A stretch of DNA of 64,000 bases, taken from positions 30,752,001-30,816,000 of the forward strand of contig OZ076413.1 of the NCBI GenBank assembly GCA_964187785.1. Direction: 5' to 3'. Position 1 is the first letter of the stretch; each line of letters opens with the position of its first letter. The notes under the pieces were generated by a model. That model did not search any database. It was not told the origin of the DNA and was given only the letters and a program-made list of their open reading frames with translations. Both the position numbers and the translations under genes were made by a program. Origin of the DNA: Amphiscolops sp. MND2022 (lineage: Eukaryota). Positions 58,501-64,000 of this stretch are shown piece after piece.

Positions 58501-60376
58501 AGAATTTTTCTTACCAATGTAGATGCTCACAGGTAGATTCGTCTAGCTTCCTAATGAGGAAAATCTATGCAAATTATATAAAGCGAATGGGAAATGAATG
58601 AAGTATATTTTTTGACTGACATTTTCAAATTCAACTTTTGCTCGAGATTGGCTCATAAAAGTCGGCGATCGATATTTGACAAAAAAATTCTGATAACGAA
58701 GTGAACGTTCGTGTTCACTTAGTATACATTGCATGGTTGCAATTATAATAATACAACAATTTTCTCGGGAAAAAACCGCGATTGCTGAATAAGAACAAAT
58801 GCCGAGAAATACAAAGCTTCTGATCATAAGAATGAAACGTTTGATTGCAAACGTCTATTGAAAACATCAACTTTTATCATCTAACAATGACTGAAATTAA
58901 TTTAAGAAAAAGACGGTCTCCAAAAACTAACATACTTCAGAAGTTTCTCTTATATTGCTTTTGAATTCTATCCTCAGGTGTGAGTATTAAAAAAAGATAT
59001 TTTGGTAGATAGAACTTGGAAACAAGACTTTGACAGTATACCTTTCCAATTTCAGAATTCTTGACAAGACTCTTACCAAAAGCGTCCAGAATAAATACTA
59101 ACTTACAAGAGCATCGATCAGTTAACCGGTTAACTGATTAATCGGTTAATAAATTGTTAACCAGTTCAAAAGTTTAATCGTTTAGAGAAAAACTGGTGAA
59201 AGTGGAATTTGAACCTAGCAGAGGCTCTTCCATAATCATTTATCTTCGCTACTTGAGATATCCTAAATCCCGGCTAACCGAATAACCAGACCGGTTCTGT
59301 TCAACCATTAACCAGTTAGGCAAAAATTTCAATTGGTCCAGGCTCTACTTACCAATATTTTCAAGAAAAGAGCATGAAAAGGAAATCTTAGAATTACCCT
59401 AAGAAATACCTCTTACAAAGAATTGACCAAAAAATGTATAAAAATTCGAAATTTTCCAAGTTTAGACATTTTCAGTCAATTTTTTATGAAAATTTTTGTG
59501 AGTCAGAGAGTTCAGAAAGCTTCAGACGAAATATCAAGCTATGCAGTATGCCTTTTGTAAGAAAAATGTGTACTTGTTCTGGTAGAACAATACCTCAGAC
59601 TGACCCAAATTATCTGAAATTCAGAATTTTTTGCAGGTTTAATTCGGCAATTTTGTAAAATTTTCAATGGAGGTCGTAGGTTAGAAGAGCAAAAAATTTC
59701 AACAACAGACAAACGCGGTTCCTGTTGGTTTTTTGAGAGTCAATTGCAGTTTCGTGTTTTTATGATTGTCGAAAGGACACCGAAATGATTTCAAGAACTC
59801 AAAGTTTTCCTTTTTCCACATTTGTTTGTAAAATTTCAGAAAAAAATTGCAAACTTTTGAAAAACTTTGTTAGTTGGAATGTTCGAAAGATTAAAAAAGG
59901 AGAACTTGCTTAGTAGTTTGCTTTGTGCAGAAAAAGTCAGAATGCACTCACAAGTATCAAAAGTCCGAAAACTTCATATTCGTCCTTTTCTATTCATTTT
60001 TTGTAAATTTTCATGAAGAGTTCGTGGATTAGACTTGAAAGATGTCAACGACGAATGGAATAATTATCCAGGGCACTTTTTCAAGAGAGATCTGCTGTTT
60101 TTGTTTCGGATGACAGCCTAAAAAGTACCTCGAAAACATCGAAAAAATCATGATTTTCCAATTTTTGACAATTTATTCACATTTGCTCTGAACTTATAAA
60201 AAATATTGTCAATTAGAGATTTGAGAGAGCTCCTATCATAACACTATTGCAATACGCTTTTCGAAAACGTTTGGAGTTTTTTTGGTAGCAAAACTCCCGT
60301 TTTGTTCTGTGTTTTGCAAATTTTGTAAGTTCGCGGTTATCCGGGGAAACATCTGAACCTTTCCAAATCGAAAAAA

Positions 60377-60836
60377 GTCTCAAAATGACCTCAAAGTAGT
60401 TGAAAATATCAACGTTCTCCATGTTTTGACAATTTGAGTGACTCTTTTTGAGCAAACCTATAGAAATGCGGTAGGTTTGGTACTGATATCCACAGTTTGA
60501 CAAGAAAACAATTAGGTATTTAACGTGTTCTCAAATTGAATGTTTCCGTTAAAATCTCAAAATGACCTCAAAGTAGTTGACAAGAAAACAATTTCCACAG
60601 TTTGACAAGAAAACAATTAGGTATTTAACGTGTTCTCAAATTGAATGTATCCGTTAAAGTCTCAAAATGACCTCAAAGTAGTTGAAAATATCAACGTTCT
60701 CCATGTTTTGACAATTTGAGTGACTCTTTTTGAGCAAACCTATAGAAATGCGGTAGGTTTGGTACTGATATCCACAGTTTGACAAGAAAACAATTAGGTA
60801 TTTAACGTGTTCTCAAATTGAATGTTTCCGTTAAAA
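60377..60836. repeat. Local duplication of a 178-bp unit (60377-60554, 60659-60836) with shuffled partial copies between
   Basis: Offset 282; near-identical sequence gtctcaaaatgacctcaaagtagttg...tttccgttaaaa. Confidence 0.9.
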
Positions 60837-63539
60837 TAGGTGACATGAATCGAAAGAGTCAAAACTTTCTTTTCTTCAAACGTTTTTGCATTTCCATAAT
60901 GCATTGGTTACTCTAGAGGCTCAAAAAATTGTCGTTAACAGAACAGCTTAGACGAAAATATCCCGCTGGTCAGGGGCGAATTGTATTAAAAATATTCTGC
61001 AGTTGTATCACCATGATATAACAAGCCGGTCACGGAGAAAGTCGGCTCCTCGCTCATGATTCAAAAATGAGCAAAGTGCCTTGAATGTCCAAAGGGACAC
61101 TCTATTGTAAGGTTTTTTCGAATGAACAGTGCCAAAACATACCTGACGGAATACCCATAAGACTCAAGAACCCCTTTTTCCATGCCATGCCAAAAACTTT
61201 TAAAAAAGTCAAAGCGGTTCAATTTTACCTTGAGAGAATTGTTTGGAAAATGTCAAAGCTGTACAATTTTACCGCGAGAGAACTGTTTCGAAAAAGTCGC
61301 GCAGTGCCAAAAACGCCGTATGTCTTTGGGACAATAATTGAGAAAACTCTCATCAGCCCTACAAGACCAAACAAAAATCAGAGGTTAGCCGATTCAATGT
61401 TAGTTACCCGTTATGCTCAACGGAAAACCTCTCAAAAAACGAACAAGCCGGGAACGGCTCAAGTCGGCGCCCAGCTCAAGGTTCAAAAAAGTAAGAAAAT
61501 TGAATGTGCAAAACGACACCAATGTTGAAATTTCATCAATTTTACACTGCCGACAATTAGCCGAAGGGATAAGCATAAAGCTCGAATACTACTTTTTCCC
61601 CAATTGGGAAGAAAGAAGAACAGTTTTTAAAATATGCGTAGGACGTTCTCTTGAGAAACTCCTGTTTTCGAATCTCCGCCTCCACCATAGTAAATGCAAT
61701 ATAGTTCGGATATAACGTCAAAAATTCGGATGAAGTGTCTTTACTCCAGATGTTACGTCAAAATTTCGGAGAGGTTTAAAAAAATTATTTGCTGGTATGT
61801 ATTGAGAAAACCTAATTTCAGAAGAAAAATGAAAATATTCAAACAAACTCATGGTGCCGCAAAATGTAAAAGGGGAGACCCTTTGGGCTTTTTGAAACTC
61901 CAGTTTATTGCAAACTTTCAAAAAGAAGTGCCCTTTGGAGACATGAAATGTCTCACCGTGCCAAAATAACATTGGAAAGGGGGACCCTTCTGTTTGCAAT
62001 GTTTTTTTTTCATGTTAGATGCTTTTGGATGTGTTCCAAGTCAAGTACTAACTACTTTTGGTAAAAGTGCATAATTCACAAAATGTGGTACATACAGGGT
62101 GAGCTCTTTGGTCTGACAAAAGAAGAAACAAAACGAGAACGTCTAAAGTCGGCGCTATATCTAATGTTCAAAAGTTTTTAAAATTGAGAAAGCGGGGACC
62201 CTTTGGGCTTTTTAAAAGTCCAGTTTGCTACAAAATATCAAAAAAAAATTGAAGGGAGACCTTTGGGGACATTGAATATTTTCGGCAATAAATATTATGC
62301 CCCGTTGGGGGCATATGGTAAAAGTCGTAAAAACGTATTGTAAAAGTGCATAGTGCACAAGAACAAGGTACATACAGGGTGAGGTCTGCGGTCTGACGAA
62401 AAAAGAAAAAAAACTAGCCACTGTAATAGTCGTTTTTTTTCACTATAAAAGCGCCGACTAAAAAACTAGCCACTGTAACAGTCGATCACTTTTCTCAAGT
62501 GCGACGGTGCCTATTGCTGCCGGTTTCATGTCAGTAGATTCTTGATCAGAGTGGGAGGCTTAAGCTATTCAAAACTGATTCAAAAAAGCTTAGTTTAACT
62601 TCCCCTAAGTTATAACAATTTTGTTGCCGTATTCCTATATGAACAAGGCATATTTAGGTTTCATTCGACATCAATCATGAACAAATCGTCAAAAAAGAAG
62701 AAAACTAGTATTTGTAAGATTGTCTACAGTTTTTTGTTTGAAGAGGCTCATTTGTTAAGAATCACTCAGTATTTTTTATCATTGTTCAGCTTATTTGATA
62801 GTTTTTGATTGGGACGAACTTCTGGGACGATTTCATTAATTTCGTGAACAATTTTCTGGCTTTTTCGTAGTTATGAATAATTACATAGCCGTTCAACATT
62901 TTCAATACGAAACTTTTATTTTATCGAAGTTTCAAATGTTACAGTATTGGGGCTTCGCTCAAGGCTGGTCGATAGTTCGGGATGGACAATATCCCGGTGT
63001 CAGAGTTGGACCCAAGCACGTGATTAAGTTTTGCCGGGCCGTGCGGGCTTATAGTCGGGCTTTTTCGAGCTTAATGTTTTTCGGGCCGGGTATAACAATT
63101 CGGAAAACAAACAGAAAATTTATACATTAAACTGCGCTATATACTTTCCGCAATTGATTCCTTTTATTTGCTCAAAGTGAACAAAATTTAAGTCAAGCTT
63201 GTCTTATTCGCACGGCTCGTAGAGCTCAGATGTCTGCCAAAAACTGTTTGATGTTGAATTTTTGAATTCTGCTGTAAAAACTGGGATATTTGAATTCTCA
63301 TGGTGCTTATACCTGATTATCATTTACAATTTACTTTCGGGTATCAAATTCGTTTTCGGGCCTTTTCGTTGGGTATTTAAAATGTTCAAAAATATCGGGT
63401 CGTGTTAGGATTTTTGAAACGGGCTCGGGCCGGGCTCCGGGTAGAAAATCATGTCCCAGTTCCAACTCTGTCCGGTGCTCAGCTGGCGTTTTGTTTAAAA
63501 TCTTTGATAGTCAAAAAGGTTTGTTAGTCTGTCATCATC

Positions 63540-63828
63540 ATTACGACGCATAACCCTACACTTTTTGAAAACAGCGAAATTCACTGCTAACCGCAGGTAG
63601 GACCTACCAGACCTGGAATCCGCTGTTTTAAATGCAGCGGATTCCGCGGATTTGCCTTATCGTCAACTGAAACCGCGAGAAATTTTACACTGCGGTATTA
63701 GTCCCTGAATTCCTCGCGGCGAATTTCGCTCTTTGTGGTTGGCATGGTTTAAAGCTTGGACCAGGATTCCACTGCTCAAACGGCTCAACTTTGAGCCGCA
63801 CTAAAAGTGTAGGGTTATGCGTCGTAAT
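63540..63828. mobile_element. MITE, 289 bp, perfect 26-bp TIRs
   Basis: attacgacgcataaccctacactttt (63540-63565) and its exact reverse complement (63803-63828); internal hairpin cggctcaa-ct-ttgagccg. Confidence 0.8.
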
Positions 63829-64000
63829 AATATGCGTTCGCTGTTTCAAAGCTTTGTCTCACTGCTTTTCAGAGTTTCAAAAAACTACTTCCTGAGCTTA
63901 CTTAACCAGGTAAATTAACCAATATCTTTTTCTTCAAATGAACGTTACCATTAAAACAAAACGCAGTTGCAGTTGTTTGTGCTATGACATTTCTGGATGC

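Overview
AT-rich eukaryotic, animal-like genomic DNA dominated by transposable elements; no host gene can be called with confidence. (1) 1-16810, minus strand: a very young, unusually large (~17.8 kb if the truncated 3' LTR is full length) Ty3/gypsy-type LTR element organised like a complex retrovirus. It has 1499-bp LTRs, a PBS, gag, and a -1 frameshifted pol that contains an embedded TARG1/OARD1-like macrodomain. Its ~6.7-kb accessory region holds four small ORFs that look like divergent paralogues, an antisense ORF, three copies of a ~108-nt pseudoknotted RNA motif with compensatory changes, a class III-like envelope glycoprotein (one frameshift), an AUG-less Pro/Ser/basic ORF, and a captured TRAF coiled-coil+MATH protein with a PAM2-like motif. 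This element is the best candidate for an undescribed system. (2) 19479-28668, minus: a young BEL/Pao element whose LTRs each encode an intact SGNH hydrolase. (3) 41093-46812, minus: a decayed Ty1/copia element inserted in a 275-bp tandem repeat. The rest contains a degenerate 18S rRNA fragment, a LINE RT remnant, a FLYWCH remnant, MITE/TIR elements and palindromes. All protein family calls are by-eye motif recognition; no database search was run.
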